A stretch of DNA of 64,000 nt, from the NCBI GenBank assembly GCA_963712745.1, contig CAVQJC010000006.1, positions 128,001 to 192,000 of the forward strand, read 5' to 3'. Shown here piece after piece: positions 51,384 to 60,150 of this stretch. This DNA comes from an uncultured Chloroflexia bacterium. GTDB lineage: Bacteria > Chloroflexota > Limnocylindria > Limnocylindrales > CSP1-4. The notes under the pieces are model-generated. The model made no database searches. It saw only the letters and a list, made by a program, of their open reading frames with translations, and was not told the DNA's origin. Made by a program: the position numbers and the translations under genes. How positions within the stretch are numbered: position 1 is the stretch's first letter; each line of letters starts with the position of its first letter.

Positions 51384-52472
51384 ATGGCACATCTCGCCGA
51401 CGCAGCGCACCCGGGGATCGTGGCCCGCGCCCTCGGCGGCGCCGTCCGCGGTTTCAAACGTGTGCTCATGCGCGTCATCATGCAACCCACGTTCCGGCTC
51501 GAAGATGACCTCGCTGCCCGGCCCGGGGTCGTCCACGCCGCGCCCGTGTCGCCCCGTCGCATCGAGATCGTCCGGGAGTCGATGGAGGTCGAGGGATTGC
51601 ACCGGCCCATGCCGGGCTTCCCACGCTCCATGCCACACGTGCTCTCGAGCGCCCGCAACATCGCCGCCTCGCTGCGGGAGGTCGACGACAACCCGGCCGA
51701 CCCGCGCACCACGATGGATGAGCAGGAGCGCGCAGCGTTCGAGACCTTCATGCGCGCGGTCGGCGTCGATACGTATGGCTACACCAAGGTGCCGCCGGAG
51801 CTCGTCTTCGAGGGCAAGGCCGTGCTCCACCCCAACGCCGTCGTGCTCGCGATGGAGATGGACAAGGCGCGCATGGACCACGCGCCCAGCCCGGACACGG
51901 CGGTGATGGTCCACGAGACGTACAACGAGCTGGGCATCGCCGCCAACCGCATCGCGCGCCACCTGCGCGAGCTCGGCTACTCCGCCCAGGCCAGCCACCC
52001 GCTCGGCGGGTTGACGCTCTACCCACCCCTGGCCGAGGCCGCCGGGCTCGGCCGCCAGGGCATGCACGGCCTGCTCATCACACCCGAGTTCGGCCCACGC
52101 GTGCGCCTCGCGGCCGTGTTCACGAGCATCGAGGACCTGCCCGACACGGGCACCGACGAGCACGACTGGATCGACGACTTCTGCCGGGAGTGCACCAAGT
52201 GCGTGCGCCGCTGCCCACCTGCGGCCATCCGCTCCGAGCCGCTCCGTCACGAGGGCGGACGCGTCAGCTGCGTCGACCCCGAACGTTGCCTGCCCTACTT
52301 CGTGCGCAACAACGGCTGCTCCATCTGTATCGCTGTCTGTCCCTTCCACCTGCGCGACTACGGATGGCTCCGCGAGCGCTGGCAGCGGCATGGCCGGCAC
52401 GCGAGCGCCCTGCGCGAGAACCCGCCGGGCAACTTCCCGGAGCACCTGCGCCAGGGCCCGCCGTTGTCATAG
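51384..52472 (+). CDS. RdhA/QueG-superfamily 2x[4Fe-4S] protein (putatively cobalamin-binding)
   Basis: 'AEAAGLGRQGMHGLLITPEFGPRVRLAAVFT', FCRECTKCVRRCP, 'C...GCSICIAVCPF'. Confidence 0.8.
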   Translation: MAHLADAAHPGIVARALGGAVRGFKRVLMRVIMQPTFRLEDDLAARPGVVHAAPVSPRRIEIVRESMEVEGLHRPMPGFPRSMPHVLSSARNIAASLREVDDNPADPRTTMDEQERAAFETFMRAVGVDTYGYTKVPPELVFEGKAVLHPNAVVLAMEMDKARMDHAPSPDTAVMVHETYNELGIAANRIARHLRELGYSAQASHPLGGLTLYPPLAEAAGLGRQGMHGLLITPEFGPRVRLAAVFTSIEDLPDTGTDEHDWIDDFCRECTKCVRRCPPAAIRSEPLRHEGGRVSCVDPERCLPYFVRNNGCSICIAVCPFHLRDYGWLRERWQRHGRHASALRENPPGNFPEHLRQGPPLS

Positions 52473-52483
52473 GCTTCTGGCCC

Positions 52484-52759
52484 ATGGCGAGCTACACAGT
52501 GATGTCCTGGCGGGGCATCCCCTCACAGGTCAAGGTCAGCGACGAGACGGGCACCACGGTGAGCAGGCAGCTGCCCCCATTCTTCCAACAGCAGATCGAC
52601 CGGGTGGCCATGACCGAAGGGATCATCGAGTCGGACGAGTATCTGGAGGCCTGGGCCTGGTCGGACGAGCGGACCCGCGAAGGCTCGGCCGAGGACGTGG
52701 CGTCGGTCCTTGTCGACGAACTCGCGGACGAGTGGAGGCGGGCGAACCCGTCGGCCTAG
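52484..52759 (+). CDS. 'Virulence factor' domain small protein (CvfC N-terminal-like)
   Basis: 'WRGIPSQV', 'LPPFFQQQIDRVAM', 'DEYLEAW'. Confidence 0.75.
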   Translation: MASYTVMSWRGIPSQVKVSDETGTTVSRQLPPFFQQQIDRVAMTEGIIESDEYLEAWAWSDERTREGSAEDVASVLVDELADEWRRANPSA

Positions 52760-53511
52760 CCTCGTTCGAGATCGCCGGATACCACGATCTCGTCGGCGCC
52801 CATCGACACCGACCGGGCCACGAACCGGAGCTGAGTCCCGTCGCCCAGCTCGACCGAAGCCGGCAGCAGCGTCACCGCCTGCTCCCCTGCCCCGCCATCG
52901 GGCAGATGGTCGAAGAACCGTCTGCAGGCGCCCTCGGCGAAGAGGCTAGTCTCCACGCCCTGCTCGCCGCTCGCGATCACGGTCCCACTCTCGGCGTCGA
53001 CGGTGAGTGCGTCATCGATCCAGCAGGTGCCGTTGGGGATGTCCAGCGGTCCGGCGAAGACGAGCGTCGTGCGCAGCCGCGCCTCGGCGGGGAACCACTC
53101 GAGGTCCACGCTCGATGCGATGCCCGGGGTGGTCGGCGCTTCGGCCAGCATGCGGTCGGCGCCGGCCTCCAGGAAGGCCCGGTCGAAACGGGCGGTCCAC
53201 TGGTGTCCTGGCTCCAGACAGGCCGCGGCGATGCCTCCGCCGGTACCTGCGTGTCCGGCCCGCACATCGATGCGCCCGGGGCTCTCGCGGTCCATGGTCG
53301 GCTGTGGGAACAACGCCGTACGCGCCGAGACAGCCGATCCGACGGCGGACTCGAGGGCGTCGAGCTCGGCCTCTATGAGCACGCCGGCGACCACCTCCAG
53401 GCAGACGTCGGCCGGCTCGCCGGGGGCGGACGCGGCGGGCCCTGCCACCGACAGCAAGGCCAGCGCGAGGCTCCCGCTCAGCGCCAGCCCTGGGATCGGC
53501 CAGCGGCTCAT
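52756..53511 (-). CDS. Secreted hypothetical protein
   Basis: Signal peptide 'MSRWPIPGLALSGSLALALL' and four Cys. ATGA overlap with the upstream gene. Confidence 0.6.
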   Translation of the reverse strand: MSRWPIPGLALSGSLALALLSVAGPAASAPGEPADVCLEVVAGVLIEAELDALESAVGSAVSARTALFPQPTMDRESPGRIDVRAGHAGTGGGIAAACLEPGHQWTARFDRAFLEAGADRMLAEAPTTPGIASSVDLEWFPAEARLRTTLVFAGPLDIPNGTCWIDDALTVDAESGTVIASGEQGVETSLFAEGACRRFFDHLPDGGAGEQAVTLLPASVELGDGTQLRFVARSVSMGADEIVVSGDLERG

Positions 53512-53933
53512 CCAGGCACCGGGACCGTGACCACCCGACCACCGAAGCCGTTGGCCTGGTCCCGACCCTCCACGGTGACCTCGTCGATGCCGGCGGGGAC
53601 GTGGAGCCCGCGCTGGGTCCGCGTGAACGGCTGCTCGGAGGCATGGTCGTGCATCAACGTGTGCGTCCCGAGCACGTTGCCCTCCGGGTCGAGGACCCGC
53701 CAGCCATCGGCATACCGCTCCGGCGTGTCGTAGGGCGATGACATCGTCACGGCCACGTCGTAGGTGCGCTCGCCGGCCGGCCGCAGCTCGACCGCCAGCA
53801 CGTCGGGGAATCGGTCGGAAGCGGGTGAAGCGGGTTCCGGAGCCATATCCACCATGACCTCCTCCAGCGCGGCGCAAGCGCCCAGCGCGAGCACGAGGAG
53901 CGCTCCCAGCGACAGACGCAGCAGGACACGCAT
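53508..53933 (-). CDS. Conserved hypothetical lipoprotein
   Basis: Lipobox LGAC and motif 'YADGWRV...LG...LMHDHASEQPFTR'. Confidence 0.72.
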   Translation of the reverse strand: MRVLLRLSLGALLVLALGACAALEEVMVDMAPEPASPASDRFPDVLAVELRPAGERTYDVAVTMSSPYDTPERYADGWRVLDPEGNVLGTHTLMHDHASEQPFTRTQRGLHVPAGIDEVTVEGRDQANGFGGRVVTVPVPG

Positions 53934-53996
53934 GAGGCGCACATCGTACGGTGTGGGCACAAGTCAACGACACCCCCAATATCGGAGGCTCGAACG

Positions 53997-54311
53997 ATGA
54001 GCAGCGAGATCCCTTCCGGCGTCAGGGTCGAGACCGTCTATCTGGTCGAGGCGCAGTACACGCCCGACGCGGCCGAGAAGCGACCGGCTGTCCGCATCGA
54101 GCACCTTACGCGCGTAGCCGAGCTGCGCCGAGCCGGCACCATCATCGAGGCCGGCGCCTATGCCGACGCCCTGACATCCTCGGTCCTGCTGGTCCAGGCC
54201 GAGGACGAGGCCGCGGCTCGGGCCATCGCCGAGGCCGACGTCTACGTCAAGGCCGGCGTCTGGAGTGGCATCACCGCCCGCCCCTTCGGGCGTGTCGTCA
54301 CGGACTCCTAG
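53997..54311 (+). CDS. YciI-family protein
   Basis: 'RPAVRIEHL', 'IEAGA', 'ADVYVKAGVW'. Confidence 0.78.
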   Translation: MSSEIPSGVRVETVYLVEAQYTPDAAEKRPAVRIEHLTRVAELRRAGTIIEAGAYADALTSSVLLVQAEDEAAARAIAEADVYVKAGVWSGITARPFGRVVTDS

Positions 54312-54332
54312 TCGCCACCCGTTGGCGTCCGC

Positions 54333-55403
54333 TCAGGCGGCGGCATCCAGAGCGGGTCGCACCGGCGGGTAGTGCTCGAGGCGGAATCGCTGCCGGGCCC
54401 GGCTCGGCAGTGCGCCGGTCCGGTACTCGACCGGCTTGCCGTGCACGTTGGGCTCGGGCGGCCGGTCCTCGGCCATGTCCGCGGCCAGCTCGCGAAAGTA
54501 GCTGTCGCCAGTCATGCGGCTGAGCAGGCGCAGCTGCCAGATGTGGATCTGGTGGTACTTGTAGTGGTTCGTGCGGCTGCGCAGGCCATAGATGCTCACG
54601 CGGCCCTCACGCCGGTACTCGTCGGCGCGGTCCCGCATCGTGGTCAGCGCCCCCTCAAGAAGCTGGCGTGCCTCGACCGAACGTGTGTGCTGCCAGTACT
54701 CGTAGAGACCGTTGAGCGAGTGCAGGTGGGCGTTGAGCACATGGTCGGGCCGCGCATTGGGGTAGTGCTCCAGCCAGAGGTAGCCGCCGTCGGCGACGTA
54801 GGCGATCCAGGGTCGCCCCTCTCCACCCTGTCGCCGGCCCAGTCGCTGGTAGCTGCGGAAGATGGACTCGGCCGCCTCGAGATGCGCAGGGTCGCCGGTC
54901 ACACGATGGAGGCGCACGAAGAACGACAGCGCCAGCCCCTGGGACATGGCGTTGAACCATGGCGCCGTAAGGCCCTCCGGCGGATAGTCGAACCAGAACG
55001 GCAGCCACCACGCGCCGTCCTCTTCGATGCGCATGTCACGAAGGGCTTGCGCCTGCACGAGCGCCTGCGCCAGTTGGGCCCGGTCGCCGGTGTCGCGGTA
55101 GGCGTCGATCCGCTTCATGCCGTTGATGGCCAGCGAGCCGGGGCGGTAGTAGAGCCCGCCGTCGATCCAGCGAAAGAGCGCGATGTTGCGGTCGTCGACG
55201 GGAGGTGGCACCTCGAGCGACGGCGGCTTCTCGCTGGTCCAGGGCAGGCGGTCGTAGGGCAGATCCTGGAGGTCGAAGTGGCGAGCGTGATACGGCGGCG
55301 GCTCATCGGTCTCATTCGCGACCGCCGGGGGCGGCCAGAACGACCCGGCGGCTGCCGTCACGAGAGCGAGGGCCAGCGCGGGGAGGCGAGCGCGTCGTTC
55401 CAT
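54333..55403 (-). CDS. Secreted D-glucuronyl C5-epimerase family protein
   Basis: 'WFNAMSQGLALS...R...TGD', 'WLEHYP', 'HVLNAHLHSLNGLY', 'YHQIHIWQL'. Confidence 0.8.
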   Translation of the reverse strand: MERRARLPALALALVTAAAGSFWPPPAVANETDEPPPYHARHFDLQDLPYDRLPWTSEKPPSLEVPPPVDDRNIALFRWIDGGLYYRPGSLAINGMKRIDAYRDTGDRAQLAQALVQAQALRDMRIEEDGAWWLPFWFDYPPEGLTAPWFNAMSQGLALSFFVRLHRVTGDPAHLEAAESIFRSYQRLGRRQGGEGRPWIAYVADGGYLWLEHYPNARPDHVLNAHLHSLNGLYEYWQHTRSVEARQLLEGALTTMRDRADEYRREGRVSIYGLRSRTNHYKYHQIHIWQLRLLSRMTGDSYFRELAADMAEDRPPEPNVHGKPVEYRTGALPSRARQRFRLEHYPPVRPALDAAA

Positions 55404-55505
55404 CCACTTCTCCGGTCGCGCGGCACTGCACCGCATCGGGCGTGAGCCTACCCCGGGCTGGCAGTTCGCGCGACGGCGGGCTGGTAGGGGGTCACTGCCG
55501 ATGGC

Positions 55506-55690
55506 GCCTGGTCGAAGGTCGGAGGATCGTTCGGCGTGGACGTCCACACGCTGCGCCAGGCGGACAAGGGAACGCGCCGGGGGCCAGGAGGAGGAAGAGG
55601 GCCCTCGACGCGTTCCAGATGGGGGAGAAAGAGTGTGGTCGGAGCGCCCACAAGGGGCGCCGGAACGTGCCCGACCACCTCGTCCTCTTA
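55506..55690 (-). ncRNA. Candidate structured sRNA or leader with anti-Shine-Dalgarno loops
   Basis: Hairpins at 55635-55678, 55569-55616 and 55506-55561. G-U pairs favour the minus strand. Loop sequence CUCUUCCUCCUCCU. Confidence 0.5.
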
Positions 55691-55740
55691 CCTACAGAGA
55701 GGCTCCGGGCAGCGGAATCGTTCCATCCTCGCGCGTCCGG

Positions 55741-56493
55741 TCAGTCGGCAGAGGCCGGGTCGCGCGGGTTCCGGGCCATCAGCTCGGTGGCAAGAGCGAC
55801 CTCGACAAGGCCTACGAAACCACCGACCACGGCCGACACCAGCCAGGTAGCGCCGAGCTCGATCCAGAAGGCGTGATGATGCGTCGCCTGGTGGACGACT
55901 TCATGCACGGCGAGCTCGACCACGATCAGCGCCACCACCAGCAGGAGGATCATCGGCCAGGCGGTGCGGCTGAGCAGCATCGTCCTTCGGAAGCCATCAC
56001 CGATGCCGTGGCGCTCCTGGACGATGACCGGCCCCACGAGGGAGAACAGGGTCATCCACATGAGACCGGGGATGACGAAGAGGGCCAGGCCGACGGCGGC
56101 GCCGATGATGAGGATGAAGTCCGCCACCACGAGCCGGACCCAGGGCAACGTCTTCAGCACCGAACGGAAGTGGACTCGTTGTCCCCCGAAGTACTCGTGG
56201 CCGACCGCCTCGTCGAGATAGCCGGCGTAGACGACCGGGCCCATGAGCCGGATGAGCGTGACCATGAGCAAGCCGAGAAGATAGCCGAGGCCGCGAACCA
56301 GGCCCGGGTCGGACTCGAGTGAATCGCGCAGCCCACCCAGCATGGCTGCCAGCAAGGGTGGCGGCACGAACACGATCAGAGCCACCAAGGCCACGCGCCG
56401 GTAGTGGTGGCGGAGCATGCCCCAGGCCTCATGCAGGACACGTCCGTAGCCGAGCGGCCCCTCTCCAGCAACGTATCGACGTGTCTCGGTCAC
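55741..56493 (-). CDS. Integral membrane protein of unknown function
   Basis: About six TM segments. 'GLALFVIPGL...GPVIVQE..GI.DGFRR' is a pattern common in membrane hypotheticals. Confidence 0.75.
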   Translation of the reverse strand: MTETRRYVAGEGPLGYGRVLHEAWGMLRHHYRRVALVALIVFVPPPLLAAMLGGLRDSLESDPGLVRGLGYLLGLLMVTLIRLMGPVVYAGYLDEAVGHEYFGGQRVHFRSVLKTLPWVRLVVADFILIIGAAVGLALFVIPGLMWMTLFSLVGPVIVQERHGIGDGFRRTMLLSRTAWPMILLLVVALIVVELAVHEVVHQATHHHAFWIELGATWLVSAVVGGFVGLVEVALATELMARNPRDPASAD

Positions 56494-56556
56494 AGCAGAA
56501 AGGCTACAGGGGCCAGCCGGGGTCAGGTGCGGCGGCGTGTCAGGCGCGGCGGCGTG

Positions 56557-57291
56557 TCAGGCGCGGCGTCGCAACGTGAGGTAGCTCAGGGCCAGGGCAA
56601 CGACGCACCAGGTGGACAGCAGGAGGAACGGGCCCGCGGTGAGGGCGAAGGTGTCAGCGGCGAGAGATCCGCGGATGACCTCGCCCATGGCCTGCACAGG
56701 CAGTATCGCGTGGACGTCCTGCATCCATCCGGGCAGTCGCTCGGCCGGGAAGTTGATGGGTGAGAACACGAGCACGCCGATGACCAGCACCTGTGTCAGC
56801 AGCATGGCCACCATCGGCGGCAGCAGCGTGGCCATGGCGTAGCCGATCGCAGCCGCGGTGGTGGCCACCAGAAGCACCGCGGGAACGATGGCCAGGCTGA
56901 TCGAAAGCGCCAGGTCCAGCGCCCAGGCTCCGACCGCCACCGCGAAGACGACGCCCGGCAGGACGATGGCCAGCCATACCGTCAGGTCAGCCATGAGATA
57001 GACCATCCGCGGTACCGGCAGGCTGCGCATGTACTCCAGTGTGCCTTCGAGCTTGGCCTGGGCCACCACCTGCGGCAGCGCCACCAGGCCCATGGTGATG
57101 AGCGTGATGGCCGGCGCGCCCGTGGCCAGGAAGAGCACGGTCATCTCGTCGATCTCGGGAAAGAGCAACGGATAGCCAACCACGATGGCGAAGGCGAAGA
57201 GGATCTGGACCACGATGGCCAGCGGCAGGAAGGACTTGAGTCGAAGGGCTTGCCATCGGATCAGCAGTGAGTAGCTACGAAACGTGTGCAT
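56557..57291 (-). CDS. ABC-2 exporter permease
   Basis: Six TM segments, 'YMRSLPV', 'FSPINFPAERLPGW'. Confidence 0.88.
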   Translation of the reverse strand: MHTFRSYSLLIRWQALRLKSFLPLAIVVQILFAFAIVVGYPLLFPEIDEMTVLFLATGAPAITLITMGLVALPQVVAQAKLEGTLEYMRSLPVPRMVYLMADLTVWLAIVLPGVVFAVAVGAWALDLALSISLAIVPAVLLVATTAAAIGYAMATLLPPMVAMLLTQVLVIGVLVFSPINFPAERLPGWMQDVHAILPVQAMGEVIRGSLAADTFALTAGPFLLLSTWCVVALALSYLTLRRRA

Positions 57292-58273
57292 GGCTGAACT
57301 CCGTGGTCGACGCCAACGTCACTCCATCAGCGGCGTCGGTGAGCTTGGGGGAGACCAGGTCGACGTAGACATCCTCGAGCGAGGCCGGTGTCAGCGAGAA
57401 CTCGCCTACGATCTTGCCGGCGCGGAGCGCCTGAGCCCAGTCGATGGCAGCGGCGGCGTGCTCGGCGTCCACGATGGCGCGAGCCCGCGTGCCATCGGCT
57501 GCGTACCGAAGCACGAAGGAGGCGGCCGGCGGCGCGGGCCGGCCGGGCTCGAGAGACAGATCCAGATGAAGCTCGTGGTCCAGGCCCGACTTGAGCCGTG
57601 TCGGTGTGCCTTCGGCCACGACGCGACCTTCGTCGAGGATGGCGAGGCGGTCCACGGCGCGCTCGGCGTCGGCCACGTTGTGCGTGACCAGCAGCACCGC
57701 GGACCCTTCGTCTGCGAGCGCGCGAACCGCATCCCACAGGAGTCGCCGCCGCACCGGGTCGACGTCGTTGGTCGGTTCGTCGAGTACGACGACTCGGCCG
57801 GGTACGACCGCGGCCATCGCGAACGAGACCAGTCGCTTGACGCCGCCTGACAGTCGCTCACCGTCGATGTCAAGCCACTCACCGATGTCGAGCGCCTCTA
57901 CCAGCTTCTGGCGGCGGGCCTCGACGCCGGCCTTGGCGCCACCGCGCAGCCGACCGAGCAGGTCGATAGCCTGACGCGGTGTCAGGCCGTTGATGGGCAG
58001 CTGGGCCTGTGGCTGCAGCGAGCATACCTGGCGGGCATGGGCCGGGTCGGCTACAAGATCGATGCCGTCCACGTGGATCGTGCCCCCATCGGGCTTGAGC
58101 AGTCCGACGACCTGGTTGACGAGCGTCGTCTTGCCCGCTCCGTTGTGACCGAGCAAGCCATAGACCTGGCCTCCGTCAGCCCGAAGCGAGATGCCGTCAT
58201 TGGCGCGCACGCCATCCCCGCTTCGAAGGCGTTTCCGGTAGGTCTTCCTGACATCCTGGATCTCAAGCAACAT
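57275..58273 (-). CDS. ABC exporter ATP-binding protein
   Basis: GHNGAGKTT, LSGG, VLDEPT, VTH. Confidence 0.9.
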   Translation of the reverse strand: MLLEIQDVRKTYRKRLRSGDGVRANDGISLRADGGQVYGLLGHNGAGKTTLVNQVVGLLKPDGGTIHVDGIDLVADPAHARQVCSLQPQAQLPINGLTPRQAIDLLGRLRGGAKAGVEARRQKLVEALDIGEWLDIDGERLSGGVKRLVSFAMAAVVPGRVVVLDEPTNDVDPVRRRLLWDAVRALADEGSAVLLVTHNVADAERAVDRLAILDEGRVVAEGTPTRLKSGLDHELHLDLSLEPGRPAPPAASFVLRYAADGTRARAIVDAEHAAAAIDWAQALRAGKIVGEFSLTPASLEDVYVDLVSPKLTDAADGVTLASTTEFSHAHVS

Positions 58274-58314
58274 GGTTCCTGTTCCTCGCGAATGCGTGGA
58301 TGCGTCGGCATCCA

Positions 58315-58384
58315 GATACCAGTCAGTATCCACATACTTCTCAGCATGTCAATACCGAGTAGTATCTACATACCAGATGGTATC
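58315..58384. promoter_or_regulatory. Array of four TetR-type palindromic operators
   Basis: nATAC-N6-G(T/C)ATn units begin at 58315, 58333, 58351 and 58369, an exact 18-bp period. Confidence 0.8.
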
Positions 58385-58393
58385 CTGACCCGC

Positions 58394-59215
58394 ATGCCAC
58401 GCGACTCGACACCCGACAGGGCCATCCGCGACGCCACCGATGAGATCCGGCGGGAGACGCGAGCGGCCGCCAGCGAGATCAGGATCGAGCTGAGCGCCGC
58501 CAAGCGAGAGACTGGCGAGGCCTTGCGCGAGGCCATGGCCGAGGTTCGAGCGGCCCTGAGCGGGATCTGGGAGCCGGAGGAGCCTGAGGCAGTCGGCGGT
58601 GGGAGCGGGCGGATGTCCCGCGCCGAGCGCAAGGAGATGACGCGCGAGCTCCTGCTCGACTCGGCTATCGATGTCTTCGCCGAGAAGGGTTACCACGGTG
58701 CATCGCTCGATGACGTGGCTGAGGCCGCGGGCTTCACCAAGGGCGCCGTCTACTCCAACTTCACGCGCAAGTCGGACCTGTTCCGGGCACTGCTCGAGCG
58801 CGAGGCCGGCCGGGCCGCAGCGGTGCGGCGGCGGGCTATCGAGACAGCGCCGCTCGAGTTGCTGCCGGACGTGGCCATGGAGCTGGCCCGGCAGCCGGGG
58901 TCCGATCCGGAGCTGGAGGTCCTGCTGGTCGAGTTCTGGCTGGCCGCAGCGCGCGACCCCAGCCTGAGGGCCCCGTTGCTGGGTACGAGCGAGGCCATGG
59001 GCAAGGCACTCGGCGAGAAGTTGGCGGCCTCCAGCGGTGCTGCGGACCTCAGCGGCCGTGAGCTGGGAATCATCTTCGACGCGCTCATGAACGGACTGAC
59101 GATGCACCGGGTGCTGGCGCCGGACGGCGACCAGCCGGTCCTCCTGGCCAAGGCCATGCACAAGCTGCTGGCGGCCGAGCCTGAGCCCGATGGTGGGCCG
59201 GAGGCGGGACCCTAG
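58394..59215 (+). CDS. TetR/AcrR family regulator with an N-terminal helical extension
   Basis: HTH 'FAEKGYHGASLDDVAEAAGFTKGAVYSNF..K'. Divergent from the ABC exporter. Confidence 0.92.
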   Translation: MPRDSTPDRAIRDATDEIRRETRAAASEIRIELSAAKRETGEALREAMAEVRAALSGIWEPEEPEAVGGGSGRMSRAERKEMTRELLLDSAIDVFAEKGYHGASLDDVAEAAGFTKGAVYSNFTRKSDLFRALLEREAGRAAAVRRRAIETAPLELLPDVAMELARQPGSDPELEVLLVEFWLAAARDPSLRAPLLGTSEAMGKALGEKLAASSGAADLSGRELGIIFDALMNGLTMHRVLAPDGDQPVLLAKAMHKLLAAEPEPDGGPEAGP

Positions 59216-59841
59216 CCGGTCGAGCCTCGGGCGGCTCGGGTCATGGTCAGCACCTCCCACTCGTCGGTCATAGGGACGGTGTCAGCGACGACGAATCCAA
59301 GGCGCCCGTAGAACCGTTCGTGTGAGGGCCTGCCGGGGTCCGCCCAGCGGATGGTCTCGAGGTAGGCCTCGATGCCGTCCTGGTCACAGCCCTGGTCGAA
59401 GGCTTCCATCAAGGCACGGCCCACGCCCTGGGCCTGGAAGGGGGGCGACACGCCGATGGTGGGCAGGTGTCGATGTGGTCTCCTTGGGTGGACGCGCTCG
59501 ATGCGACCGAACATGCGCATCGTCCGGATGATGCGCGGCCCGGCGATGCGGATGAACCGGACGATGCGTCCGGCGCTCATGGTCGAACAGACCGGTGTGT
59601 CCATGTAGGTGAGCGCACCCACCAGTCGGCCGTCGACCTCGGCCGCCAGGGCCATGGCCCCGGAGTCGGGCTCGAACTCCATGGCGAACAGGCGCTTCAG
59701 GCGGTCCCGCGCATCGGCGTCGGTGCCGGCCATGACCTGCAGGGCGGGGAAGTCGAGGAAAGCATCGGCGAAGATATCGACGGCTGTGACCGTCTCGGCC
59801 GGACGCAGTTCGCGGACGGTGACGTCGCCGGGGAGCAGCAT
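59212..59841 (-). CDS. GNAT N-acetyltransferase
   Basis: 'IGVSPPFQAQGVGRALM', 'AYLET', 'FYGRLGF'. Confidence 0.85.
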   Translation of the reverse strand: MLLPGDVTVRELRPAETVTAVDIFADAFLDFPALQVMAGTDADARDRLKRLFAMEFEPDSGAMALAAEVDGRLVGALTYMDTPVCSTMSAGRIVRFIRIAGPRIIRTMRMFGRIERVHPRRPHRHLPTIGVSPPFQAQGVGRALMEAFDQGCDQDGIEAYLETIRWADPGRPSHERFYGRLGFVVADTVPMTDEWEVLTMTRAARGSTG

Positions 59842-60150
59842 CGCGCGGAGGGTAGCATCGGCCACCGCCGGCCGAGCCGCGACCGCGCATACCGTGCCCA
59901 TGAACGCTGGCCGACTGCTCCACATGCCCACCCTTCGCCGGGCCGTCGAGGAGTACCAGCCGCAGGTGGCCGATGTCATCGTCTCGCTGCAGGACGGTCG
60001 CGACATCGGCGAGGAACTGCAGCAGCACTAGACCCTCGGCGCAGGGATCGCCACCATCGGCGAGTCTGTCACCGGCGTCGGCGAAGCCATGGATGCGCCC
60101 GAGTCACGCCTTCGCGGGCGCTCCCCCGACGAGCGCACGTAGTCCGGGAT

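Noticed and set aside
58315-58384. Periodic repeats here and at 43622-43686 as a mini-CRISPR
   Set aside because: The 18-bp period leaves no room for spacers and no cas genes are present. Operators and a coding VNTR explain them.
59900-60031. 43-aa ORF MNAGRLLHMPTLRRAVEEYQPQ... divergent from the GNAT gene
   Set aside because: Codon usage is plausible but there is no RBS or recognisable family. Too weak to call without homologs.
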